From assembly GCA_034003985.1 (NCBI GenBank), contig JAVEXP010000002.1:144789-208788 (forward strand): a stretch of DNA of 64,000 nucleotides, given 5' to 3'. The DNA comes from Patescibacteria group bacterium (GTDB lineage: Bacteria; Patescibacteriota; Patescibacteriia; Buchananbacterales; UBA6539). Shown in pieces: positions 9,199 through 19,457 of the stretch. Numbering within the stretch: position 1 is the stretch's first letter; each line of letters begins with the position of its first letter. The translations under genes and the position numbers were made by a program. The notes under the pieces were generated by a model. That model made no database searches and was not told where the DNA came from. It saw only the letters and a program-made list of their open reading frames with translations.

Positions 9199-10217
9199 AA
9201 TTATTAGTCACCGGCGGCGCCGGGTTTATCGGTTCTAATTTTATCCGTTATTGGCTTGAAGCCCATCCTCATGACCAAATTGTCAATCTGGATAAATTGA
9301 CTTATGCCGGTAACTTGGAAAATCTGAAAGACCTGGAAGATAGTCCCAACTATAAATTTGTTTTGGGGGATATCACCAGCGCCGATGTAACCGTGCCTTT
9401 GGTTCGGGACTGCGATGCAGTCGTTCATTTTGCCGCCGAGAGTCATGTCGACCGGTCAATCATGGGCGATATCGATTTTATTAAAACCAATGTTTTGGGC
9501 ACTCAAGTTTTGCTCAATGCCGCCAAAAATCACGACAAGCGTTTTCATCATGTTTCAACCGATGAAGTCTATGGTTCGTTGTCATTAGGCGACGGCCAGA
9601 AATTTAATGAACAGACTCCCTACAACCCGCGCAATCCTTATTCGGCTTCCAAGGCCGCGGCTGATCATTTGGTTCGGTCTTATTTCCATACTCACAAACT
9701 TTCGGTAACAATCTCCAATTGTTCAAATAATTTCGGCCCCTATCAATTTCCCGAAAAATTTATTCCTTTGTTGATTACCAATTTATTGGAAGAAAAAAAG
9801 GTTCCGGTTTATGGTGACGGCCTTTATGTCCGTGATTGGCTTTATGTTACCGACCATTGCCGGGCGATTGATTTGATCTTGAATAAAGGTAAAATCGGCG
9901 AGACTTATTGTATCGGTGGTTCGACCGAAGACATTAGTAATTTGGCGGTGGTTAAAAAAGTTCTGGCTTTGTTTGACAAAGATGAAAGCATGATTGCCCA
10001 TGTTGCTGACCGGCCCGGCCATGATCGGCGCTACGCCATTGATTGGCATAAGGCTAAAATTGAACTTGGCTATGAACCGCAGCATAATTTTGACGCTTAT
10101 CTGGCCGAAACGGTTCAGTGGTATCAGGCTAATCGGGATTGGTGGCAGAAGGTTAAAAGTGGCGAGTATAAAGAATATTATCAAAAGCAATACGGAGGGA
10201 CGACAATTAATGACTGA
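9195..10217 (+). CDS. rfbB: dTDP-glucose 4,6-dehydratase
   Basis: TGGAGFIGSNF, AAESHVDRSI, STDEVYG, YSASK, DRPGHDRRYAID. Confidence 0.97.
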   Translation: MKLLVTGGAGFIGSNFIRYWLEAHPHDQIVNLDKLTYAGNLENLKDLEDSPNYKFVLGDITSADVTVPLVRDCDAVVHFAAESHVDRSIMGDIDFIKTNVLGTQVLLNAAKNHDKRFHHVSTDEVYGSLSLGDGQKFNEQTPYNPRNPYSASKAAADHLVRSYFHTHKLSVTISNCSNNFGPYQFPEKFIPLLITNLLEEKKVPVYGDGLYVRDWLYVTDHCRAIDLILNKGKIGETYCIGGSTEDISNLAVVKKVLALFDKDESMIAHVADRPGHDRRYAIDWHKAKIELGYEPQHNFDAYLAETVQWYQANRDWWQKVKSGEYKEYYQKQYGGTTIND

Positions 10218-10890
10218 AATGCAGATTCTTGAGCGGATTTATCCTTCGGTGGTAACTTTTTTAGGCAACTGGCGTCAGATGATTAAGGATGTTAAACGCT
10301 TGAAGCTGATGACAATCTCTTTATTTCTGACCGGAGTGGCTATTAATGATCGAAAAAAAATTTACCAACTGCTTGAAGAAACCTCAGTAAAAACTATCCC
10401 TCATATTCATGCCCGCCATGATATGAAGGAATGGGAATTAGATTATTTGGTTTCACGATTCAAAACCAAAGTTATCACTATCCATTATCAGCATCTGAAA
10501 AATTTTAAAAATTCAAAACACCTCAAAAAGATTTTTATTGAAAATAACGACCATAAAAGCCGAATCAGGAACTTTGAGACTCTAAAAAAGTGCGGCGGCG
10601 TGTGCATTGATCTTTCCCATTTTCAATATTATAAGAATATTGGTTCAAAGCAGTATGAAATATCCCGACAACTAGTGGCCAGCTTTAAAGTCGGCTGTAA
10701 TCATTTGAGTGCGATTTTACCTAACGGTTTTAGTCATCATTGTGCTGCTGATGCTACCCAGCTTGATTATGTAGCCATGATTCCTAGAAAATATTTTTCC
10801 CGTTATATCAACATTGAATTGGCTAATCCAATCAGAGAACAGTTAAAATTCAGAAAACACCTTGCTAAATTATTAGCTAAAGCCTGGTAA
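10210..10890 (+). CDS. hypothetical protein, possible xylose-isomerase-like TIM-barrel metalloenzyme
   Basis: Start ATG 10210; spaced IEN, CIDLSH, NHLS and IEL motifs resemble metal ligands of the AP-endonuclease-2/epimerase fold. Confidence 0.55.
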   Translation: MTEMQILERIYPSVVTFLGNWRQMIKDVKRLKLMTISLFLTGVAINDRKKIYQLLEETSVKTIPHIHARHDMKEWELDYLVSRFKTKVITIHYQHLKNFKNSKHLKKIFIENNDHKSRIRNFETLKKCGGVCIDLSHFQYYKNIGSKQYEISRQLVASFKVGCNHLSAILPNGFSHHCAADATQLDYVAMIPRKYFSRYINIELANPIREQLKFRKHLAKLLAKAW

Positions 10891-10892
10891 AT

Positions 10893-10960
10893 TGTCATTT
10901 TGAGCGAAGCGAAGAATCTCTGACAAAATTTATGTTTGTTGGGGCTTGGTTGAAATGACA
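10893..10960. repeat. single REP-like element of the same family as 3574-3826
   Basis: TGTCATTTTGAGCGAAGCGAAGAATCT with a degenerate partner (GAAATGACA). Confidence 0.7.
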
Positions 10961-10972
10961 TAATAATGTAAT

Positions 10973-11815
10973 ATGGAACAAAAAGTTTTAATCTTGGGAG
11001 CAAATGGGATGTTGGGTCATGATTTGTCCCGGGTTTTTGCCAATCAAAATCCATTTCTTTGGGATCAGACTGATTTAGATATTACAGATCAAATCGCCGT
11101 CGAAAAAAAACTCGCTGACCTACACCCGACGGTTATTATTAACGCCGCGGCTTACACCAATGTTGATGGCGCGGAAACCGATGCTCAAGCTGCTTTTAAA
11201 ATCAATGCTGATGCGGTTGGTTATTTGGCTCAAACCGCCCAAACACTTGGTGCGATATTGGTTCATTTCAGTACGGAATATGTTTTTGACGGTAAAAATA
11301 AAACTGGTTATCGTGAAGACAGCCAAATCGGCCCGCTTAATGTTTACGGCCATTCCAAAGTCAGCGGTGAGGAATTGCTTATTAAAAATTGCGAAATGTA
11401 TTACTTAATCCGGAGTTCCTGGCTGTATGGCCACTCGCCGCAAATTGGCAAACCTCGAGGCTTGAATTTTGTTGAAACTATGTTAAAATTAGCTGCTGAG
11501 GGAAGACCTCTTAAAGTGGTTAATGACCAGTTCGGCAGTCCGACTTATACCGTTGATTTGGCGCTTCAAACCCGTAATATTATTGAACAGTTTAAGCCAT
11601 GCGGTATTTACCATGTGACCAACTCCGGGGTTTGCAGCTGGTATGATTTTGCCGCTGAAGTTTTTAAACTGAAAGGTTTGGCCGTTGATTTGCAGCCGAT
11701 TAAATCGCAAGATTATCCGCTGGCCACCAGCCGCCCGCAGTATTCGATTTTATTAAATACTAAGTTGGATCCATTGCGATCCTGGAACGATGCTTTAAAA
11801 GATTATTTGCAATAA
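10973..11815 (+). CDS. rfbD: dTDP-4-dehydrorhamnose reductase
   Basis: GANGMLG, NAAAYTNVDGAE, STEYVFDG, YGHSK, VNDQFGSPT. Confidence 0.96.
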   Translation: MEQKVLILGANGMLGHDLSRVFANQNPFLWDQTDLDITDQIAVEKKLADLHPTVIINAAAYTNVDGAETDAQAAFKINADAVGYLAQTAQTLGAILVHFSTEYVFDGKNKTGYREDSQIGPLNVYGHSKVSGEELLIKNCEMYYLIRSSWLYGHSPQIGKPRGLNFVETMLKLAAEGRPLKVVNDQFGSPTYTVDLALQTRNIIEQFKPCGIYHVTNSGVCSWYDFAAEVFKLKGLAVDLQPIKSQDYPLATSRPQYSILLNTKLDPLRSWNDALKDYLQ

Positions 11816-11817
11816 TT

Positions 11818-12534
11818 ATGAAGGGAATAATTTTAGCCGGGGGAACCGGATCACGCCTTGACCCTTTAACTCGGGTAACCAACAAACATCTTTTACCGGT
11901 TTATAATAAACCGATGATTTATTATCCGATTGCCACTTTGGTTAAGGCCGGAATTAAGGATATTATGATTGTTTCCGGCAAGGGCCATGCTGGTCAGTTT
12001 TTGGAATTGTTGAAATCGGGTAAGGAGTTTGGCGCCAGATTTTCTTATGCCGTTCAGGAAGAAGCCGGCGGCATTGCTCAGGCTTTGAGTCTTTGCAATG
12101 ATTTTGCTGACAATGAAAAAATTGTAGTAATGCTTGGTGATAATATTTTGGAAGATGATATCGGCAAGGCTGCCAGGGATTTTGATAATCAGGCTTCCGG
12201 CGCCAAAATTTTTTTGAAAGAAGTTGCTAATCCAAAATCTTTCGGTGTGGCCGAAATTAACGGCGCCAAAATTACCAGCATTGAAGAAAAACCAGAAAAC
12301 CCAAAAAGCAATTTAGCCGTCATTGGGGTTTATATGTATGACGCCCAAGTTTGGGAGGCCGTTAAAAATTTAAAACCCTCTGGTCGGGGGGAGTTGGAAA
12401 TTACCGATGTCAATAATTTTTATGTCAGTAAAGAAGAAATGACTTTTGAAATTTTAAAAGGTTGGTGGGGAGACGGGGGAGAATCATTTGACAGTTTGCT
12501 TCAAGCCGGTAATCTGGCGGCCCAGAAGAAATAG
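11818..12534 (+). CDS. rfbA: glucose-1-phosphate thymidylyltransferase (short form)
   Basis: GIILAGGTGSRL.PLT...NKHLLPVYNKPMIYYP, EEKP, PSGRGELEITD. Confidence 0.9.
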   Translation: MKGIILAGGTGSRLDPLTRVTNKHLLPVYNKPMIYYPIATLVKAGIKDIMIVSGKGHAGQFLELLKSGKEFGARFSYAVQEEAGGIAQALSLCNDFADNEKIVVMLGDNILEDDIGKAARDFDNQASGAKIFLKEVANPKSFGVAEINGAKITSIEEKPENPKSNLAVIGVYMYDAQVWEAVKNLKPSGRGELEITDVNNFYVSKEEMTFEILKGWWGDGGESFDSLLQAGNLAAQKK

Positions 12535-13908
12535 CTATTGAATTTCCAGTTTAAAAATGCCGGTTTTTGAACCGATGACACCGTTGAAATAGATATTGCT
12601 GCCAGTGTCATCAGTTGCAATATTGCTGATAGTATTCGTTTGAGTCAATTGTAAATCATTTTTAACTTCATCTACCCAGAGTTCAATAATCCTAATTTCA
12701 TTTTCGGTTTGATAGATCAGATAGCTATTGCCGGGAAGCCAAATGGCGTTATCAATCGCCGAACCATATCTGGTAATTAAATCTTTTTGACCGGTTTCCG
12801 GATTGAAAGTCCAAATCTCAAAATCGGTGTAATACAACAACCGATTTTTGTTTTTGTTCCAAATTATTTTTTTGGCCCGATCTTGAAGGATGATTTCTTG
12901 GCTGATATCTTGTGTTTCAAAAGCTGACGATTTAACAATAAACAGATCGTTGGTTTTTTGATCAAGCAATACCAGAAAATTGTTATTACCCACCTGAATA
13001 TTGAATTTTGATGGCGCTGGTAGTTTTATTTTTTGTGGTTCGGTGGCTTCTCGTCCTTGGATTGTCGTTCGATTCAAAAACATCTCATTAGCCAATTCGT
13101 TAATATAAAAAATTTGGTCATTGGTTACGGCAAAATCGGTAATGTTGGCTGACAATATCGGACTGGTATTATTTTCCGCCAAGTTAATTTGATAAAGCAC
13201 TTCCTGGCGCCGGCCGTACAAAAAAGCGTCGTTGGTTTTATCCCAGCTGATTTTGTCAAAATTAAGACTGGTAATATCAAACAGATCCTTGGTTTTTAGA
13301 GTGTCAACATCAAATATCAAATATTTATTGAAGTCACCGACCAGCTGTCTGATTACTATTTTTTGCTGGCTTGGTGACCATTCAATGAACTCAAGTTGAT
13401 TGTAGGTTTTTTTATCAAGTACGGCAACTAAAAAATCATCGCCGGTTTTGATATTCAACAGTCTTAATTCCGCCATTTCCGCCTTATCTAGTGAATAGAA
13501 TATTTTTTCTTTGTTTGGTGATATTTCAAAAATTATGATTTGGCCTTCGACTAGGCTTATCGGCAGGGTTTGTTTGAAGAGGATAATATTTTTGGCAAAA
13601 GTCGTCAGACCACTTTGAACTTCCAGCTCTTTTTGCCAGGAATAGTAACCTTGTTTTTGGACAGTTATTTGGTAGCTTTCCGGTAACATTCGGGAAAATC
13701 TTTTGGGAGTTTTTCCGGCCGGTTCATTATTGATGTAGATTTCTGATCCCTTTGGTTTGGAATCAATGTATATTATGCCGGTTTTTTCCAGTCGGCCGGT
13801 TTTAAAGTTATATTTAAATCCGCTGGCGTATAAACTAATAATTGGCGCAATGATCAAAAAAGCGGCGATAAAACTTAGGTAGATTAATCTTCGGTATTTT
13901 AATTTCAT
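12535..13908 (-). CDS. PEGA-domain membrane-anchored protein with beta-propeller-like C-terminus
   Basis: N-terminal TM, TGIIYIDSKPKGSEIYIN..GKTP....Y.I.V.K.GY..W PEGA signature, WSP-type repeats. Confidence 0.8.
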   Translation of the reverse strand: MKLKYRRLIYLSFIAAFLIIAPIISLYASGFKYNFKTGRLEKTGIIYIDSKPKGSEIYINNEPAGKTPKRFSRMLPESYQITVQKQGYYSWQKELEVQSGLTTFAKNIILFKQTLPISLVEGQIIIFEISPNKEKIFYSLDKAEMAELRLLNIKTGDDFLVAVLDKKTYNQLEFIEWSPSQQKIVIRQLVGDFNKYLIFDVDTLKTKDLFDITSLNFDKISWDKTNDAFLYGRRQEVLYQINLAENNTSPILSANITDFAVTNDQIFYINELANEMFLNRTTIQGREATEPQKIKLPAPSKFNIQVGNNNFLVLLDQKTNDLFIVKSSAFETQDISQEIILQDRAKKIIWNKNKNRLLYYTDFEIWTFNPETGQKDLITRYGSAIDNAIWLPGNSYLIYQTENEIRIIELWVDEVKNDLQLTQTNTISNIATDDTGSNIYFNGVIGSKTGIFKLEIQ

Positions 13909-13998
13909 CTCTTGGCTTGTAAAAAATGGATAAAAATTGTAAACTTAATAAGTCTAATATACCTTAATTTCGCAAAAATTTCCAGTCCCCATATATTT

Positions 13999-15303
13999 AT
14001 GAGCAGTTACTTAATTGAAGGCGGCCATCATCTAAAAGGCGTGCTCACCACCAACACTTCAAAAAACGCGGCAGTGGTATTACTGAACGCGGCGCTTTTG
14101 AATAAGGGCAAAACGGTTTTGCACAATGTCGCCAGAATTGAAGAAGTAAATCGGATTATGGAAGTGCTTTCGAGCATCGGGGTTGATATCGCCTGGATTA
14201 ATAAAACTGATATTGCCATTAAACCGCCAAAGAATTATCGGCTTGATCGAATTAATTATGAATCGGCCATTAAAACTCGAAGTATTTTATTTTTGTTGTC
14301 GGTTTTGATTCACGATAAAAAAATTTTTCGGATTCCGCAACCGGGTGGTTGTCGGCTGGGCAAGCGAACGGTTCTACCTCATTTGTTTGCTTTGGAAAAT
14401 TTTGGCGTCAAGATTGAAACCGAGCGCAAACATTATTTGGTTAAGTCGGGAAAACTTTATTCGGCCGGCGAAATTGTCCTTTATGAATCCGGCGACACCG
14501 TTACGGAAAATGCCATTATGGCCGCCGCCAGGATTCCTGGCAAGACAGTCATCAAATTTGCTTCAGCTAATTATCAGGTTCAGGATCTTTGTTATTTTCT
14601 ACAAAAATTAGGAGTGAAAATTAAAGGGATTGGCACTACCACTTTGGAAATTGAAGGGCGTAAATCAATCAATCGAGATATTGCTTATTATGTCAGCGAA
14701 GACCCGATTGAAGCGATGTTGTTTATCTCAATTGCGGCTACCACCAATTCCATTTTGACAATCAAGCGTTGTCCGATTGAATTTCTAAAATTGGAGCTTT
14801 TAAAATTGGCAAAAATGGGCTTTGACTATGAAATCGTCAAACGCTATAAAGCCAAAAATGGCCATACGGAGCTGGTCGATTTAAAAACCCATCCCAGCAA
14901 GCTCAGCGCTTTGGAGGAAAAAATTTACGCCCGACCGTTTCCTGGTTTGAATATCGACAACCTGCCGTTTTTCGTGCCGATTGCCACCCAAGCTAAAGGC
15001 GAAACTTTGATTTTTGATTGGGTCTATGAAAATCGGGCGATTTATTACACCGAACTAAATAAGCTTGGTGCCAAAGTGATACTAGCTGATCCTCATCGGG
15101 TTTATATCGCCGGTCCGTCAAAATTGCGGGCCAACGAGATTGTCTGTCCGCCCGCCTTGCGTCCGTCGGTGATTATTCTGGTTGCCATGTTGGCCGCCAA
15201 GGGTCAATCAATTTTACGGAATGTTTATTCAATTGAGCGAGGTTACCAGGATCTGTGTTCACGGTTGTCCAAGGTCGGCGCTAAAATAAAATCTATTGAT
15301 TAA
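13999..15303 (+). CDS. murA: UDP-N-acetylglucosamine 1-carboxyvinyltransferase
   Basis: SKNAA, PGGCRLGKR catalytic Cys loop, TENAIMAA, PFPG, IERGY; start ATG 13999. Confidence 0.93.
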   Translation: MSSYLIEGGHHLKGVLTTNTSKNAAVVLLNAALLNKGKTVLHNVARIEEVNRIMEVLSSIGVDIAWINKTDIAIKPPKNYRLDRINYESAIKTRSILFLLSVLIHDKKIFRIPQPGGCRLGKRTVLPHLFALENFGVKIETERKHYLVKSGKLYSAGEIVLYESGDTVTENAIMAAARIPGKTVIKFASANYQVQDLCYFLQKLGVKIKGIGTTTLEIEGRKSINRDIAYYVSEDPIEAMLFISIAATTNSILTIKRCPIEFLKLELLKLAKMGFDYEIVKRYKAKNGHTELVDLKTHPSKLSALEEKIYARPFPGLNIDNLPFFVPIATQAKGETLIFDWVYENRAIYYTELNKLGAKVILADPHRVYIAGPSKLRANEIVCPPALRPSVIILVAMLAAKGQSILRNVYSIERGYQDLCSRLSKVGAKIKSID

Positions 15304-15317
15304 CTCAAATAAATAAA

Positions 15318-16637
15318 ATGTCTTTTGAGGATCAAAATCAAACATCAAAATATCCCAAAAAATTGAATCGGACGATTGTCGGTTATATCTTAGTCTCGGC
15401 GATTGTTTTGGTTTTCGGCCTTGGTTTTATTGTTGGTCAGATCGCCGGTTTTAAATATGATTTGAAAATAATTGATTCGGCCAAATCGCAGCCGGGCGAG
15501 GTTTTAAACGAGGAAAAAATTCCTGAATATTTGTCTCAGGATGTCGATTTTCAACAATTTTGGCAGACTTGGGATTACATTAAAAGCAATTATGTCAAAT
15601 CCGATATTGCCGATACTCAATTGTTTTATGGTGCCTTGGCTGGCTTGGTGGCTTCACTTGGTGATCCTTATTCGGTTTTCTTTAATCCCGAAATTTCCCA
15701 GGAGTTTGAACAAGAGCTTTCGGGGAGTTTTGAAGGCATTGGTGCGGAAATCGGTATTAAGCATGACCAATTGACCATTATCGCGCCTTTGAAAGATACG
15801 CCGGCATACCGCGCCGGGCTCAAGGCCGGTGATAAAATTTTGGCCATTGATGGTTATGATACCAGAGGCATAGCTACCGATTACGCCGTCAGCATTATTC
15901 GTGGCAAAAAGGGTACATCGGTAACATTGACGATCATGAGTGAGAACGATGAAGGACCGCGGGAAGTTTCAATCGTTCGCGATACCATTGAAATTGACAG
16001 CGTGATTGCAACCAGTAAAGATTCTGAAGGTCATAACGAAGGTGATCAGGGGTTTTCAATGAAAGACGGTCGGATTGCTTATATTGAATTACGCTGGTTT
16101 AACGAAAATACTTTAGCCGATTGGAACAAGACTATCCAAGCGGTTTTGGCGCAAAATCCCAATGGTATTATTTTGGATTTGCGCAATAATCCCGGCGGCT
16201 TTTTGAGCACCGCCATTGATATCGCCGGTGAATGGGTGGATGGCAAAGATGTGGTCTTGGAAAAATTGCGCAGCGGGGTGACGACTGCTCACCACAGTAA
16301 TCGCCAGCCTCGATTGGTTGATATTCCGACGGTGGTCTTGGTTAACGGTGGCAGTGCTTCCGGTTCGGAAATCGTAGCCGGTGCGTTGCAAGATTACAGA
16401 GTGGCCACGATTGTCGGGGAAACCACTTTTGGCAAAGGATCAGTCCAAGACCTTAAGCAATTTTCTGACGGTTCCTCGGTTAAGCTGACAATTGCCGAAT
16501 GGCTGACACCTTTGGGGCGCAGTATTAATGAACAAGGTATTGCCCCGGATATTGAGATTGAATTAACCAAAGAAGATTACGATAATGATCATGATCCGCA
16601 ATTAGCTAAAGCTCTTGAAATTTTGCGGTCAAAATAA
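15318..16637 (+). CDS. S41 family C-terminal processing protease with PDZ domain
   Basis: LGDPYS, GIGAEI PDZ, DLRNNPGG, SASGSEIVAGALQD, TFGKGSVQ. Confidence 0.95.
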   Translation: MSFEDQNQTSKYPKKLNRTIVGYILVSAIVLVFGLGFIVGQIAGFKYDLKIIDSAKSQPGEVLNEEKIPEYLSQDVDFQQFWQTWDYIKSNYVKSDIADTQLFYGALAGLVASLGDPYSVFFNPEISQEFEQELSGSFEGIGAEIGIKHDQLTIIAPLKDTPAYRAGLKAGDKILAIDGYDTRGIATDYAVSIIRGKKGTSVTLTIMSENDEGPREVSIVRDTIEIDSVIATSKDSEGHNEGDQGFSMKDGRIAYIELRWFNENTLADWNKTIQAVLAQNPNGIILDLRNNPGGFLSTAIDIAGEWVDGKDVVLEKLRSGVTTAHHSNRQPRLVDIPTVVLVNGGSASGSEIVAGALQDYRVATIVGETTFGKGSVQDLKQFSDGSSVKLTIAEWLTPLGRSINEQGIAPDIEIELTKEDYDNDHDPQLAKALEILRSK

Positions 16638-16648
16638 AATATTGTTAT

Positions 16649-18157
16649 ATGCCCAAGGGAATAAAGTGGGAAGTCATCGCTCATGAATATGTCGTTAGTT
16701 TATTCCCGGTTTTTATGTTGGTTGACGGTATTTTTGTTGGCATTAAAAAGCATCTGGGAGTTGCCGTGGAAATGGCCGAAGTAATTACCGGTAACACCAC
16801 TACTCATTGCTATCAATTAAAAACTTGGGATCAGGCTCATCGGGCGCTAGTTGCCAGAATAAAAGGTAAGCCGGAAATTTTGAAAAAGTTTTTTCTGGCA
16901 ATGGTCCGTGATGGTAAAAGGCAGGTAGCTTATACTAAAAAAGTTTTCCGATTAAACCTAGCTAAAACCTCTAATCGGCAACTGAATAATTATTATCAAA
17001 AGTATTGTAGTTTGAATACTGATTTTTATGCTGTTGGTTTAATTTTACCGTTGTTGGATTTTCAAAAAACTACTTTTTTGTCCGATGAAGTGTCTAAAAT
17101 TTTAAAACATCGTCGGGCGATAAATTATTTCAGCCTGTTGACTACGCCGCTGACCGACAGTTTTAATAAAATTCAGGAGTTGAATTTATTGAGTATTTTG
17201 GTTGATATCAAAAAGAAAAAAAAGGTGTTTGGTTTATTTAAAGAATATAGTAGCCGGGAAATTGTTGATTTGTTGCCAAAGTTGGATAAAGATAGTTGGC
17301 AAAAAATCAGACGGCACGCTAAAAAATACGCCTGGGTACATTATGTTTATCAAGGACCGGCGGGTGATGAGGCTTATTTTATTGACTTCATCCGCGATTT
17401 TATCCGTCGAAAAATTGATCCCAAAAAAGAAATTCTAAATCATCGCCAAGCTAAAGAAGTGCTAGCTCGCCGCCAAAACGAGCTTTATCAAAAGCTTAAG
17501 CTCACCAGATATGAAAAACAGATTTTATTGTTGGCTCGTGATGCCGTTTACTATAAAATCTATCGCCGGGATATGCAATCGGCTTCCTATTATTATTTGG
17601 AGCCACTTTTATTGGAAATCGGCCGTCGGCTTGGATTGTCGATTAGGCAGGTCAGAATGATGTTGCCCGAAGAAATCGCCGCTGGTTTAATTGATAATAA
17701 AGTTGATTATGACGAGATTAACAGCCGGTTGAAGTTTTTGGTTTATTATCGTTTGGGTAAAACCAGAAAAATTTTGTCCGGTGTTAAAGCTAAAGAATTT
17801 TCTAAAAATGTTAAGATCGAAAAAGTTAACAAAAATATTTCTGAATTTACCGGCGCGACCGCTCAAACCGGAAAAGCCAAGGGGCGAGTTAAAATAATTA
17901 ATTCCCCCGAAGAGATGACTAAAATGAGCAAGGGTGATATTCTGGTTTCCGGAGCAACTAATCCTAATTTAATGCCGGCCATTAGGCAGGCTTCAGCGAT
18001 TGTCACCGACGAGGGTGGCCTGACTTGTCACGCGGCCATCGTCAGTCGGGAGCTGAAAATTCCGTGCGTGGTAGGAACTAATTTTGCCACTAAAGTTTTA
18101 AAGGACGGCGATACGGTGGAAGTTGACGCCAAAAGCGGTTTGGTCAAAAAAATATGA
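16649..18157 (+). CDS. PEP-utilizing-enzyme mobile (phospho-His swivel) domain protein with uncharacterised N-terminal domain, paralog 1
   Basis: C-terminal GDILV..TNP...[37 protein letters not shown]. Confidence 0.9.
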   Translation: MPKGIKWEVIAHEYVVSLFPVFMLVDGIFVGIKKHLGVAVEMAEVITGNTTTHCYQLKTWDQAHRALVARIKGKPEILKKFFLAMVRDGKRQVAYTKKVFRLNLAKTSNRQLNNYYQKYCSLNTDFYAVGLILPLLDFQKTTFLSDEVSKILKHRRAINYFSLLTTPLTDSFNKIQELNLLSILVDIKKKKKVFGLFKEYSSREIVDLLPKLDKDSWQKIRRHAKKYAWVHYVYQGPAGDEAYFIDFIRDFIRRKIDPKKEILNHRQAKEVLARRQNELYQKLKLTRYEKQILLLARDAVYYKIYRRDMQSASYYYLEPLLLEIGRRLGLSIRQVRMMLPEEIAAGLIDNKVDYDEINSRLKFLVYYRLGKTRKILSGVKAKEFSKNVKIEKVNKNISEFTGATAQTGKAKGRVKIINSPEEMTKMSKGDILVSGATNPNLMPAIRQASAIVTDEGGLTCHAAIVSRELKIPCVVGTNFATKVLKDGDTVEVDAKSGLVKKI

Positions 18158-19374
18158 ATAAAGTAGAATGGGTTAAACAATTGACCAGGGAAAACACCCT
18201 TTTGGACCGGAGTTTGCGCGCCATTGCTTATCGTGACAGCATTAAAGAAATCGGTCAGGCCAGTATGTCCAATGTTTTGTTGGTCGGTCAAGGTCAAGTT
18301 ACCTCAATGTATTATTTGCCCTCGGACTACAATAAACAGCAAAAAATAATTATCAATGAATTTAAGGGTAAGCGAGCTGATGAAATGGGAAATCAAATTT
18401 TAGAATTTTTGTCCGAAGGCTATATTTGGTCCAAAAAATTACGAAATAAAAAATTGAATCGTCGCGAATTAGTTGAATATTATCAGCAGTTTAAAAAGCA
18501 TCATGCCCATTCGCGTGGAGCCATTACATATGGCTATTGGGGTGAACCGTTAATTACTCAAAAATTACGCCAGGCTCTCAAGGTTAAAGTCGCCGGCAAA
18601 AATTTGGATAGTACCATTTCAATCTTATCTTCGCCTCGTCCTGTTTTTGGATCGCTTCAAGCTTTGCGCCATCATTCGTCGGAAGTTGAAAGAAATAAAA
18701 CCAAAATTTTAAAAAAATTAAAACTTAATAAGCAGGCTAGTGAGCTAGTTGAGATATTGAGTTGGTTTACTTTATTGTATGAGTTAGGCGAATTAGTTTC
18801 TTCTTATTTATATGATCAGTTTTTGGGGCAGCTGAAACATTCAGTCGGTAAAAAAAATTTTGCTGATTTGATGTGGTATGATCCTTTTAGTTTGGAATAT
18901 TATTTGAAGGGTCAAGATCTGAGCAAGGCGGAATTGGCCGCTCGGCAAGATTTTTGGGTGATTGAAATCCTAAATGGTAAATGGAAACTGTTTGTCGGCG
19001 CTCAAGCCCGAAAATATTATCAATCACATATTCCTCAAGAAAAGACAATTGATAATTCAGTCCTAAGAGGCACGGTTGCTAGTTTAGGCCAGGCTCGGGG
19101 AAAAGTAAAAATTGTTATTACTCAAGCAGATCAGGCTAAAATGAATAGAGGCGATATTTTGGTTTCGCCCATGACTACGCCAAGATTAATGTCGGCAGTC
19201 AAAAAAGCGGGAGCGATTGTTACCGATGAGGGCGGTTTAACCGCTCATGCGGCAATTGTCAGCCGGGAGTTCAACATTCCTTGCATTGTTGGCACCAAGG
19301 TTGCTACTAAAATTCTTAACGATGGCGATTTAGTGGAAGTGGACGCTCAACAGGGGATAGTCAGAAAAATTTAA
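18154..19374 (+). CDS. phospho-His swivel domain protein, paralog 2 (shortest)
   Basis: C-terminal [16 protein letters not shown]; ATGA overlap with paralog 1. Confidence 0.9.
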   Translation: MNKVEWVKQLTRENTLLDRSLRAIAYRDSIKEIGQASMSNVLLVGQGQVTSMYYLPSDYNKQQKIIINEFKGKRADEMGNQILEFLSEGYIWSKKLRNKKLNRRELVEYYQQFKKHHAHSRGAITYGYWGEPLITQKLRQALKVKVAGKNLDSTISILSSPRPVFGSLQALRHHSSEVERNKTKILKKLKLNKQASELVEILSWFTLLYELGELVSSYLYDQFLGQLKHSVGKKNFADLMWYDPFSLEYYLKGQDLSKAELAARQDFWVIEILNGKWKLFVGAQARKYYQSHIPQEKTIDNSVLRGTVASLGQARGKVKIVITQADQAKMNRGDILVSPMTTPRLMSAVKKAGAIVTDEGGLTAHAAIVSREFNIPCIVGTKVATKILNDGDLVEVDAQQGIVRKI

Positions 19375-19405
19375 TTTATTTGGTTGTTAAATATTTAAGG
19401 CTGAA

Positions 19406-19434
19406 TTGACAGTCTTTTTGGTTTATGCTAGTCT
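19406..19434 (+). promoter_or_regulatory. sigma70-type promoter upstream of wHTH-fused paralog
   Basis: TTGACA-17 bp-TAGTCT with extended -10 TG; dyad TTGT-N7-ACAA at 19442-19456 just downstream. Confidence 0.6.
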
Positions 19435-19457
19435 GAATATGTTGTAAAAATAACAAT

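Noticed and set aside
9994-10209. N-terminal extension of the 298-aa ORF; similar extensions at 1708, 8701, 13912, 55838 and 62059
   Set aside because: These overlap upstream genes or promoter regions; downstream ATGs match the family N-termini
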